Positions 33,803 through 43,045 of a DNA stretch of 43,045 nucleotides are shown in pieces. The notes under the pieces are model-generated. The model saw only the letters and a program-made list of their open reading frames with translations. It was not told the origin of the DNA and did not search any database. Origin of the DNA: Stramenopiles sp. TOSAG23-2. Taxonomy: Eukaryota. Position 1 is the stretch's first letter, and every line of letters begins with the position of its first letter. Position numbers and translations under genes: made by a program. The DNA is taken from assembly GCA_900128395.1 (NCBI GenBank), contig LT649296.1:1-43045 (forward strand), given 5' to 3'.

Positions 33803-35110
33803 TTAAATCTTCGATGACCAATATTCCTCTTTTACAGTTTGTGGATAAAAGATACGCGTACCATTTTTTTTTGCTTCTTCGATATTACGTATTGGCTTTC
33901 CATCTTTATCAACAGGTTTTACAAATTTATATTCTTCACCATTGACAGCATGGTTGCCTTCAATCCATTTCATCAATGTTTCACGATTATAATCCGTAGT
34001 CAATTCATCAAATCGTCCTTGTTGTACTTTTGGGACAAACTCTGCATCTGCAATAACTGCACGACTTACGAAGCATAAACTAAATTCACCTTCTTTTAAA
34101 CGATTTGATAAATCTTCCAAACGATCAATGCAACTTGCATCAAAACTACCAGTATAATCAGCTACATCGGTTATATATGATGGTGTCGGGCCATTGCTAA
34201 TGTTCATACCAACACAACCACCAGCCATTGCAGGTTTGCCACTTAATAATTCGGTCCAGCCTGCTAAACTTCTTGTTGGATGCTCTTCTGGATATGGTAC
34301 TTGCCAAAATTGCGTCGTGCTACAATCGAAACAGTCCACCCCTGCAGTTACCATATCCAATAAAAACTCTCGTAATTTCTTTACTGTTGAATATGGACCA
34401 TCACCATGTCTAGGTGGAAACAATGAAAATCTTAAGATTATTGGATATTCTGGCAATGCGGTACGTATATCTTCCACAACTTCTTTTAAAAATCGACGTC
34501 GATTTTCATCCGAGCCACCATACCTATCCAATCGACGATTGGTGGTTTCCCATAGAAATTGATGCATTAAATATCCATGTGCAGCATGTATTGCAACACC
34601 ATCAAACCCAATTGCTTTTGCATCTAACGCAGCTTGTAAATATGCTTTGCGAAAATCTTGTATTTCTGAATTAGTCATTGGATCGCAATTTTTTACCTTC
34701 TTCCCTTTCAATGAGATACCTGATGGACTGGCAACAGGATTGTCAGGCGTTGCACGCGTTTGAATTCCTACATGATGGATTTGAGGGACAATCAACCCAT
34801 TGTGACGATGAACAGCAGTGACCGTTTCTTTCCAATCTTTTAGTGCATCACCATAAAATACAGCTGCATCTTGATGTGGTATACCACCTTTTACGTTCAT
34901 ATACACACCTTCAGTTACTTGCAATGCAATATTTGCTCGTTTCCCATAATATTCAGCCATGGAACCAGTCGTTGAATTACTTGGGATTCCATTTGGTGTT
35001 AACCATCTTGTAGAAGGTGCAAATACAACTCGATTTTTTAATTTCAATCCACGTATACACGTTGTTGGTTCAAACATAGGTGTCAAATTTTCTGCACGTT
35101 TTGGATCCAT
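33803..35110 (-). CDS. NADH:flavin oxidoreductase (old yellow enzyme family), PTS1-like SKI end
   Basis: LKNRVVFAP, PQIHHVG, GFDGVAIHAAHGYLMHQF, TNRR.D.YGGS, ILRFS. Confidence 0.93.
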   Translation of the reverse strand: MDPKRAENLTPMFEPTTCIRGLKLKNRVVFAPSTRWLTPNGIPSNSTTGSMAEYYGKRANIALQVTEGVYMNVKGGIPHQDAAVFYGDALKDWKETVTAVHRHNGLIVPQIHHVGIQTRATPDNPVASPSGISLKGKKVKNCDPMTNSEIQDFRKAYLQAALDAKAIGFDGVAIHAAHGYLMHQFLWETTNRRLDRYGGSDENRRRFLKEVVEDIRTALPEYPIILRFSLFPPRHGDGPYSTVKKLREFLLDMVTAGVDCFDCSTTQFWQVPYPEEHPTRSLAGWTELLSGKPAMAGGCVGMNISNGPTPSYITDVADYTGSFDASCIDRLEDLSNRLKEGEFSLCFVSRAVIADAEFVPKVQQGRFDELTTDYNRETLMKWIEGNHAVNGEEYKFVKPVDKDGKPIRNIEEAKKNGTRIFYPQTVKEEYWSSKI

Positions 35111-35396
35111 GATGTTAGTGACATATAATAATAAAAGACAATTTTTAAAAACGATATTTAGGATTATATATAGTGTTATCTATAGAATGTATATATGTGG
35201 TATATGTATACATAAATATCTCTTCCCATCAAATGTAGATTGGTGGTTTTTTAGGGGGTGGTACAGAGAAAAATAGATATAGAAAAATAGAAAATAAAAG
35301 ATGATTGATCAACTATGAAAAATAGAAAAAGATAGAAACTAAATTGATATATATATATATATATATATATTGTGCAATTGAAACAGAAAATCAATC

Positions 35397-36677
35397 ATGA
35401 TGGAATACATATTACCTACCATAGGATGTACATTAGTTGGTGCCGTTGGATATTATTTCTATGCAAAGTCCAATACTATTGATGCAAAAAGAAATGTGAA
35501 GAAAGGCATTTATGGCACAAAATTAACTGAAGGTTTAATTTCAGAGAAAGATATTGTTGAAAATTACGATAAGAAAATGTCGGAATTATGGGGTGGACCT
35601 CCACCAGAATTGTTTCCAGGCTGTTTTAAGACATGGCCAAGCAAATATAATAATGCTGGAAGAGGTAAAGTAGCTTTAGTTACTGGTGGTGCTGCTGGTA
35701 TTGGATTTTATGTTAGTAAAATGCTTGCCAATAATGGATTTGAAATTATTTGGGGATATAGAAAAGGTCTAGAGTATGAAGTTTCTGGGGCTAAGAAAGC
35801 AATTTTAAATGCAGTTCCAACAGCAAAAATTACTATATTGGAAGCACCGTTGGATTTAGGATCATTTAAATCTGTCAAAGCATTTGCAAATGAATGCAGA
35901 AAGAAATACAAATGCGTTGATGTGCTTTGTTTAAATGCTGGTCGTGGTGGTTCTAATGGCGATCCAAAACAAACGACGGAAGATGGTCATGAATCTATTG
36001 TACAAATAAATGCCTTATCACATTTTTTATTGACAAAGGAATTATATCCATTATTGAAACAAAGTAAAAATGCAAGAGTTGTTTCGCAATCGTCTGGTGC
36101 ACGTAAAATTGTCAATGCAGAATGGGAAGTGCCAAAACGAGTGAAAACAGGTGATTTATCTGCAGATGTGCCACATAAAGGTGGTTACAATGCATTTGCA
36201 CAATATCAATTATCAAAAGCTACAAATTGTTTTTTTACATTAGCGCTAAATAAACATTTAGCAGAAGCTGGAGTAAATAACATTACTGGAATTGTTTGCG
36301 AACCTGGTTATGGAAGTACTGGCGTGAATATCCAACACAATTTAACACATTCGTTTTTATTTTTACCAGATAAATTATTGCCAACGAAATGGACACATAC
36401 ATTGCTTGGACAACATGCAGCAGATGCATCCTTACCAATGGGCTTGGCATGCATTCACCCTGATGCCATACGTGATTCATTTTTTACACCAAGAAATGGC
36501 ATGAAAGGGGAAGCAATTTTAAATACACAAACTACATTGAGAAGTCAAGATGATGCAGAAAAAGATCCAATGAATACGGAACAAACCTTTTGGGGTAAGG
36601 GTGGTGTAGAACAATGTAGAGATGGATTTTGGAATGCAGCAGTGAAAGCAACAGGGGTGAAAACATGGGAGTTTTGA
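35397..36677 (+). CDS. Retinol-dehydrogenase-like SDR with an N-terminal membrane anchor
   Basis: TGGAAGIG, LDLGSFKSV, LNAG, INALSHFLLT, YQLSK, EPG. Confidence 0.9.
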   Translation: MMEYILPTIGCTLVGAVGYYFYAKSNTIDAKRNVKKGIYGTKLTEGLISEKDIVENYDKKMSELWGGPPPELFPGCFKTWPSKYNNAGRGKVALVTGGAAGIGFYVSKMLANNGFEIIWGYRKGLEYEVSGAKKAILNAVPTAKITILEAPLDLGSFKSVKAFANECRKKYKCVDVLCLNAGRGGSNGDPKQTTEDGHESIVQINALSHFLLTKELYPLLKQSKNARVVSQSSGARKIVNAEWEVPKRVKTGDLSADVPHKGGYNAFAQYQLSKATNCFFTLALNKHLAEAGVNNITGIVCEPGYGSTGVNIQHNLTHSFLFLPDKLLPTKWTHTLLGQHAADASLPMGLACIHPDAIRDSFFTPRNGMKGEAILNTQTTLRSQDDAEKDPMNTEQTFWGKGGVEQCRDGFWNAAVKATGVKTWEF

Positions 36678-36783
36678 AAATAAGAATAGGGTGAAAAATA
36701 TACGTAATAATTTTAAAAAAATACGAAATTTTACTACCCTACTAAATCTTTTGGCACACTGGGGCACACACACATCTCATATT

Positions 36784-36986
36784 TCACTCTTTATTATTAT
36801 TCTAAAGTTCATCAAAAACTTTTCTCCCATCATTTCCCCAATCATTATCATAATTTGCATTCAAATCCTTGAATAAGGCATCTGTCACTCTTTATTATTA
36901 TTCTAAAGTTCATCAAAAACTTTTCTCCCATCATTTCCCCAATCATTATCATAATTTGCATTCAAATCCTTGAATAAGGCATCTGT
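36784..36986. repeat. Tandem duplication, period 101 bp, spanning the stop of the 36903-37688 gene
   Basis: TCACTCTTTATTATTATTCTAAAG at 36784 and 36885. Confidence 0.92.
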
Positions 36987-37688
36987 TGGTAGTGATACAG
37001 TCTCATCCTCTTTTAATGGAGTACATGCAACTTCAAAGGTGCAATTTTTTGTATTTGGACTATCAATTGCTGCAATTAATAAAGAAGCTAAATCACTACG
37101 TGTAATACCAGAACTCATAAAACTTGCATTTGTTTGTGCCACATGGAATTTTGATTTCCCACCTTCATCATCCAACAATCGACCTGGTCGTACAATAGTA
37201 TAATCGATACCTGAAAGACGTAACAGCTTTTCACCAGCAAATTTAAAATCCATCATTCCAGACCAATGAAACAAACCTGTATTTACTGTATTTAAGATAC
37301 CACGGATAAGATTAAAACGATTTGCTGGGTGCACTAGTTGACTAGTTAAAAGCAATAATCTGGAGACATTACATTCTTTTGCAATTTTTGCAATGTGGCC
37401 CACACCTCGAAAATCAACAGCTTTCACATTTTCATATCCTTTTGCTGCACAAACGAAAAATACACCTTTTGCGCCTTTCAAAGCTTCACCTATATTTTTA
37501 TCATCTTTATTACCAACATCTCCAGCTAAAAGTTTAATTTTATTATTCTCTGGAAAGGTATCTTTTGGTACTGCATCTATATTTCTTACAACGCAACGAA
37601 CTTCTTTTACATTATTTTTTTGTATTAATTCTTTTACAATTAATTTTGCGGTCGCACCTTTAGCACCAAGCACACAATATATGGACAT
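36903..37688 (-). CDS. NAD(P)H-binding atypical SDR (TIC62/flavin-reductase-like)
   Basis: VLGAKGATA, VVRN, VDFRG, KFAGEKLLRLSGIDYTIVRPGRL, ITRSDLA. Confidence 0.9.
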   Translation of the reverse strand: MSIYCVLGAKGATAKLIVKELIQKNNVKEVRCVVRNIDAVPKDTFPENNKIKLLAGDVGNKDDKNIGEALKGAKGVFFVCAAKGYENVKAVDFRGVGHIAKIAKECNVSRLLLLTSQLVHPANRFNLIRGILNTVNTGLFHWSGMMDFKFAGEKLLRLSGIDYTIVRPGRLLDDEGGKSKFHVAQTNASFMSSGITRSDLASLLIAAIDSPNTKNCTFEVACTPLKEDETVSLPTDALFKDLNANYDNDWGNDGRKVFDEL

Positions 37689-37876
37689 TTTAATTTTCTT
37701 TTCTGTTTTTTAATTTGATAAGACTATTAATATTATGATAGTTCTTTATTTAAATCAAAGTATTTGTAAGCACCAAGCACACAATATATGGACATTTTAG
37801 TTTTCTTTTCTGTTTTTTTATTTAATAAGACTATTAATATTATGATAGTTCTTTATTTAAATCAAAGTATTTGTAT
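37662..37876. repeat. Imperfect tandem duplication, period 107 bp, spanning a start codon
   Basis: AGCACCAAGCACACAATATATGG at 37662 and 37769, with a few substitutions. Confidence 0.9.
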
Positions 37877-38183
37877 ATTGTTTTTCTTGTTGTTGTTTTT
37901 CTATATCTATCGCTTCTATGTCTTTATGTGTATATCTATATATTTGCATCAATCAAGGGGTTATCTATTTTTATTTGTGGTGGCTACAGATCTAACTTCA
38001 ACATTTAAATAGTGCTATTCACCTGTTGTCAATAATCTAAAAAATCAACGTCGTCCAAAAAGAACAAAAGAAAGAACTTCTTCTTATTCTTTTTTTGAAT
38101 ATTGAAAAATTAATAAAAAGACGAATGTGATATAGAAAAATGATAAATGAATTATAAACCCATATATATATATATAGACATAC

Positions 38184-38347
38184 ATTACATGTAATATTTA
38201 TTATTACTTTAGTACATACTGAAGCAATATGGAGGAGAAAAAACATAAACAGAATTTAACTGGTGATTACATGTAATATTTATTATTACTTTAGTACATA
38301 CTGAAGCAATATGGAGGAGAAAAAACATAAACAGAATTTAACTGGTG
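38184..38347. repeat. Tandem duplication, period 82 bp, spanning the MFS start codon
   Basis: ATTACATGTAATATTTATT at 38184 and 38266. Confidence 0.92.
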
Positions 38348-39894
38348 TGCCAACATTTTTCCTAGCCGTTAAATTCATTTTTAGCACTACATACCGCGCG
38401 TTATATCCATTAGCATCAATTATTGCACTGAGGTATGATAATATTACAACAGAAAATGTAGCACAAGTATTAGCATCTATGCAATTTGTTAATATGTTTG
38501 GATCGATATTTTCGCCTCAAGCACAAGAATATGTTGGAATGGTAAAATTAATCTCCATATTATTATTTGTAGAAGGTTGTTTGGCTTTAATGTTGGCATT
38601 TTCAACAGCATTCCATACACTAGCAATTTCTATCATATTAATGGGTTTCTCAAAAGGTTGTCTTTTTCCAACCATTGTAGCTTTTACAAATACTTTGTTT
38701 GATAAAGAAGTTCAAGGTGTTACAATAGGTTACATCGAAATTGCATGGGGTTTATCATCTTTGATTGGCATGCCATTTGTTGGTATTACAATGAATATTG
38801 ATTTTAGATTGCCATTTTTAATACTTTCTGTTATATGCATATTTTTATGTATATTTGGCTTTTGGTTTTTGACAAAAAATACAACTGATGATGATGATAA
38901 TAATAATAGCAACAATAATAATAATAATATTACAAATAATAATAGTAATGAAAATCCTATTATTATCGGCGTAGGAACATCATCCTCTTCCAACAAAAGT
39001 GATGTGAAAAAAAATGCAATTACCATTGTTGATAATAGTAATAAAAAGAAATCAACAACTTGGAAAAAGTTTTTTGAAATTGTATATTGCATTTATAAAA
39101 CACCATTAGCATTTACAATAACAACAGCAACAATTGCATTGATGATGACAATGTATATAATGTTTCTATCGTTTGGGATTTGGTTGGTCGAAACACATAA
39201 TTACAATGCAGCTCAAGTTGGTGTTGCTACTTTAACCGTTGGTGCTGCTGATTTATTAGCTGAATTTAGTTTGATCAAATTATTAAAACATTACGAACAT
39301 GTGAAATTTTTAGTAGTAGCACATATATTTTTGATTTGTTCCTATTTATTTCTGGCATTTGCATTTCAGGCTGCACTTCCTATTGGAGTTGGTTTGTGTG
39401 CTATATTTTTTTGTTTTTATTTTTTTGAAATGATTATTGTAGGGCAAATGGGCTTAGTTGGTAGTGTTACATTTCAGGCTGCACTTCCTATTGGAGTTGG
39501 TTTGTGTGCTATATTTTTTTGTTTTTATTTTTTTGAAATGATTATTGTAGGGCAAATGGGCTTAGTTGGTAGTGTTACATTAAATAGCAAACAAACAATA
39601 GATCGTAATAATACTAAAGATAAACTTAAAAATGCGGATGAAAGCGCTGATGAGGATGAATATGGAGAAGGAATATTACCAGCAGCTAATTTTGTATGCT
39701 CTGCATTTGGATGTGTTCTTGGTAGCTTGCTCGGTCCCTATATTTGGAGCTTAGGTAGTAGCGCACCCGGTATTGTTGGCTTTATCACAACATCATTTAA
39801 TTTTTCACTTTGGTTTTTCTATTATAAATATCATCATCATTATCCTGTAGAATCTGGTACAATGAATATAGATGATAAAAAAAGTTCTGTATGA
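38311..39894 (+). CDS. Major facilitator superfamily transporter
   Basis: Two bundles of hydrophobic helices with a central Asn-rich loop; GxxEIAWGLSSLIGMP, DFRLPF, GSLLGP; contains an exact 36-aa in-frame duplication. Confidence 0.88.
   Translation: MEEKKHKQNLTGVPTFFLAVKFIFSTTYRALYPLASIIALRYDNITTENVAQVLASMQFVNMFGSIFSPQAQEYVGMVKLISILLFVEGCLALMLAFSTAFHTLAISIILMGFSKGCLFPTIVAFTNTLFDKEVQGVTIGYIEIAWGLSSLIGMPFVGITMNIDFRLPFLILSVICIFLCIFGFWFLTKNTTDDDDNNNSNNNNNNITNNNSNENPIIIGVGTSSSSNKSDVKKNAITIVDNSNKKKSTTWKKFFEIVYCIYKTPLAFTITTATIALMMTMYIMFLSFGIWLVETHNYNAAQVGVATLTVGAADLLAEFSLIKLLKHYEHVKFLVVAHIFLICSYLFLAFAFQAALPIGVGLCAIFFCFYFFEMIIVGQMGLVGSVTFQAALPIGVGLCAIFFCFYFFEMIIVGQMGLVGSVTLNSKQTIDRNNTKDKLKNADESADEDEYGEGILPAANFVCSAFGCVLGSLLGPYIWSLGSSAPGIVGFITTSFNFSLWFFYYKYHHHYPVESGTMNIDDKKSSV
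39362..39581. repeat. Exact 108-bp in-frame tandem duplication within the MFS CDS
   Basis: CATTTCAGGCTGCACTTCC at 39362 and 39470; CATT microhomology at the junction. Confidence 0.95.
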
Positions 39895-39899
39895 AAGAA

Positions 39900-40050
39900 T
39901 ACTTTGACGAGAGAAGACCAACCTTTTAAAAATTTATTTTTTGTGGAATATGTCATAATTATTTATTTACAACAAAATTTTTTATATACGACTTTACTTT
40001 GACGAGAGAAGACCAACCTTTTAAAAATTTATTTTTTGTGGAATATGTCA
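39900..40050. repeat. Direct repeat of ~56 bp, period 95 bp
   Basis: TACTTTGACGAGAGAAGACC...GAATATGTCA at 39900 and 39995. Confidence 0.88.
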
Positions 40051-40261
40051 AATATAATTAATTTACGCATAATTTATTGTTTTAATTTACTCATGTCAAT
40101 ATAATATTATTATTATTATTTACGTACAAAAAAACAAATTTTTTTATAAATTAAATATATATATATACAACTTCGTATCCTGTTTTATTATGTATCACAC
40201 CACACCCCCTCTTTTTCTTATACATGCATATTATTTTAGTAAAAAATAAATATAAACCATT

Positions 40262-41032
40262 TTACTCAGAAATCCCAAGTGATGCTTCTTTGTAACCAGG
40301 ACGTTCAATCACTCCATCTAAATAATCTATAATATTTTTTTTCTTATGTTCTTTCGCAACATCCCACGCGGTTTTGCCTGCTCGGTTTCGTTTCCAAGGA
40401 TTTGCTAATGGTCTATCAAATGGATCAAACATTATCGTTTTTGCACAACGTAAAGATCCTTTCTCAGCACATGCTATTAATGGAGTAAGCCCAGATAAGG
40501 TTTGATAATTCACATCAGCACCTTCTTCAACAAATTTCACGGCCCATTTATGTTTTCCACTTAAACATGCACGTATTAATGCATTTGTTCCAGTAAGTGG
40601 ATCCTCAAAATCTGGATGCATACCATCTTCAATAATCATGTCGTACATTTTTGAATAATTTCTAGTTTTTAATGCTTGAACATACTCACGCCTTTTCTTT
40701 TGATACGAATCATCGACAACGCGTCCGATCAGATCAACTTTTGAACCAATTTCTCGAATACGTTCTCTAATACAATGTTGAACAATTTCTCCATCGTCCT
40801 CTATTTCAAGATCATACGTATTTTCGTCTCTTCTAACTTTTACAATCGTCGCTTTATAATATTCCGCGTACCCTTCTGCTTTCACTTCAACCTCATCGCC
40901 TTTTTTATATAAAATACGACAATGTTCTTCTTTTACAACTTGTTCAAAAAAACTTCCTTTCCATCTTACTAAATAACCTAACTCTCTTGTTTCCTGATCA
41001 ATTGTAGATTTTAATACGACACGTAATTCATC
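40262..41032 (-). CDS. Tudor-like + ankyrin repeat protein, 3' portion (5' end not identified)
   Basis: The frame is open from ~41047 with no ATG: YLVRWKG, YKKGDEVEVK...YYKATIVKV...TYDLE; then GTNALIRAC, GADVN, GLTPLIACAEKG, GKTAWDVA. Confidence 0.75.
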   Translation of the reverse strand, partial: DELRVVLKSTIDQETRELGYLVRWKGSFFEQVVKEEHCRILYKKGDEVEVKAEGYAEYYKATIVKVRRDENTYDLEIEDDGEIVQHCIRERIREIGSKVDLIGRVVDDSYQKKRREYVQALKTRNYSKMYDMIIEDGMHPDFEDPLTGTNALIRACLSGKHKWAVKFVEEGADVNYQTLSGLTPLIACAEKGSLRCAKTIMFDPFDRPLANPWKRNRAGKTAWDVAKEHKKKNIIDYLDGVIERPGYKEASLGISE

Positions 41033-41417
41033 CCCTCCCCCCCTTATCTATCTATAACATATATATATACACACACAATCCTCTATCTCTATATTTGTGT
41101 AATTGTGTTTCTTACGTATATATAGTAGATCTGCATTATGTCACTTTATATATATCTTTGATCAGATTTAGTATATTAATGTTATATATTATATATTTTT
41201 TATTTGTCGCACACATGCACATCATTTTTAACGAATATAACTTTCCTATATCGATTATTAGTCATGATCTTGCGCACCTTCCTTAGCTAAGCTTGTATTA
41301 GCTAGTGCTATTTTCATCCAGAGCTATACCATTGTTATAGCAGGTTAAGGTGAGATATCCTCGCGTCACGTCATGTTCCTACTCGATCCCCTCATCTTCG
41401 CCTGCTACAGCCCAAAA

Positions 41418-41517
41418 TCAGGAATTCTGAGCTCTCCCATCAGCTATCCGAGAGAGGATCGGATCCTCTCTAAGCTGGAGAGCCATCTGGCCATCCAGAG
41501 AGCTCTGATGGTCCTGA
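41418..41517. repeat. GC-richer nested inverted-repeat structure centred on AGAGAGGATC-G-GATCCTCTCT
   Basis: Pairs TCAGGA/TCCTGA, GAGCTCTC/GAGAGCTC, CCATCA/TGATGG, CAGCT/AGCTG and a 10-bp core stem at 41451-41471. Confidence 0.75.
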
Positions 41518-41883
41518 TGATGGAAAAGTGGAAAATAACGTAGATTTTTTTTGGTTTTGCTCAAAATAATAGAGCATACATCTCTCGATATGTATTTCAA
41601 TATGTATATATAGCTTTTACGCTATGCTGCACTATACCAAAATTAACAATAATAATAATAATTATCAACACACAGTTCTTATTAATTTATCAATACATAA
41701 GCTAGAATATATATATATATATACCCACAACAACTAGCATCTTAATTCTGAAAACGTGCATTCGCTAATACGCAATTATTTTAAAATTGCCGACATTGTT
41801 TATGTACACAAGCTGCAGTTACATTATATAGCAAGAGCAAAATATAATTACATATACATAGGAAAAACAACATATATTAATAA

Positions 41884-42723
41884 ATGGCATCATTGCGAAA
41901 TGCAGTCAAAAGAAAGACACACAAAGAACGTTCGCAGCCAATTTCAAGGAAAAAATTCGGTCTGTTAGAAAAAAAAAGTGATTATAAATTACGTGCACGT
42001 GATTATAGACGAAAAAAAGGCAGGTTACGAGTATTGAATGAGAAAGCACAATACAGGAATCCAGATGAATTTTATTTTTCAATGGTAAAGAAAAAAACAA
42101 TACATGGTATTCATCAAGGTGGTATGCCAAGTAATCGTGAGTATGATACCGAACCTATATCAAAGGATATTAAGAAATTGTTGCACTCTCAAGATGTAGC
42201 ATATGTACAAACGAAATTGAATCAAGAAACTCGGAAAATCGAGAAGCTTAATAATAGCTTGCATTTTTTAGGCAGCAGTGGTAGTAGTAATAGCAAACAT
42301 ACAATTTTTGTTGACAAAATTGAAGATGTTGATGTTTTTTCAGCAACAAAATATTTCAATACCGTCGAATGTTTAAAAAACAGAGCCTACAATCGTCCCA
42401 GTAAAGAAACATTGTCAAACGCACCGATTCAGGAGTCAACCTTTTCTGCGAATATAAACAATGATAATTTACGTGATGGTAGTCACGGTAAGGAAAAAGC
42501 CTCAATAAAATCAAAACGACAAATGAAAAAATTAAAGAAAAAACGGAAAAGAGCATATCAGGAATTAAACGCAAGAATTGAGCGAGAGGAAAAATTACAG
42601 GCTACCGTAAAACATCTTGAATTAAGAAAACATTTAAATGGTGTTGGGAGGCGTAGAAAAGTGAAAGGTGGTAACGGGGATCAACCAGCTGTATATAAAT
42701 GGAAAAGGGAACGAAAGCGTTAA
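41884..42723 (+). CDS. UTP11: U3 snoRNA-associated protein 11 (SSU processome)
   Basis: MASLRNAVKRKTHKERSQP...GLLEKKSDYKLRA, RNPDEFYFSM, KHTIFVD, VYKWKRERKR. Confidence 0.97.
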   Translation: MASLRNAVKRKTHKERSQPISRKKFGLLEKKSDYKLRARDYRRKKGRLRVLNEKAQYRNPDEFYFSMVKKKTIHGIHQGGMPSNREYDTEPISKDIKKLLHSQDVAYVQTKLNQETRKIEKLNNSLHFLGSSGSSNSKHTIFVDKIEDVDVFSATKYFNTVECLKNRAYNRPSKETLSNAPIQESTFSANINNDNLRDGSHGKEKASIKSKRQMKKLKKKRKRAYQELNARIEREEKLQATVKHLELRKHLNGVGRRRKVKGGNGDQPAVYKWKRERKR

Positions 42724-43045
42724 TGAAACGCCCACAAGAGCACTATAGGTGTCCAGAGCAGGGGTGTGTTGTGTGTCGTTTAATATCACATGTATATTTA
42801 ATAAATTGGGAGTAAAAGAAAAAATATAAAAAAATACAATATATCATATATATAAAATGTTCTCTTAATCAATATATATATATTTTATAATTTTTAATTA
42901 AAATGCATATAACTTTTTATTTATATTACTTCTCCGTATATATTATAATTAATGCAATAAACTTACTCGTATTTTTTAATTTACTCATGATAATTCCTAC
43001 TCTCTCCAGAAAGAATACAATAACTGAGACAAATCTATCTCACTA

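Overview
AT-rich, gene-dense eukaryotic nuclear DNA, most likely from a heterotrophic protist. A stramenopile is a guess from protein style, not proven. Evidence: short GT-AG introns with (TA)n tails, poly-Asn tracts, and eukaryote-specific genes (UTP11, ALIX/Bro1, CLN3/battenin, SMYD-type SET, a Sin3-type PAH domain). About 18 apparently intact genes and several fragments are present. The intact set includes bacterial-type enzymes (HpcH/HpaI aldolase, SDR, GST, old yellow enzyme, AsaB/CmcJ-like oxygenase), three of which end in peroxisomal PTS1-like tripeptides. Highlights: a PAH + dual-specificity-phosphatase fusion; a poly-Asn/ubiquitin-like/kinase with a non-canonical catalytic loop; a run of four redox enzymes plus an MFS transporter (32.4-39.9 kb); a dispersed palindromic micro-element TAGAGAGGATCC(TCTCTA); short-period repeat clusters in divergent promoters; and a 3.5-kb gene-free, motif-rich block. 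Major caveat: more than a dozen ~60-160 bp tandem duplications, truncated genes and an 8.3-9.9 kb mosaic joined at microhomologies strongly suggest amplification or assembly artefacts, so adjacency-based claims need read-level validation. No tRNA, rRNA, CRISPR array or transposase was found.
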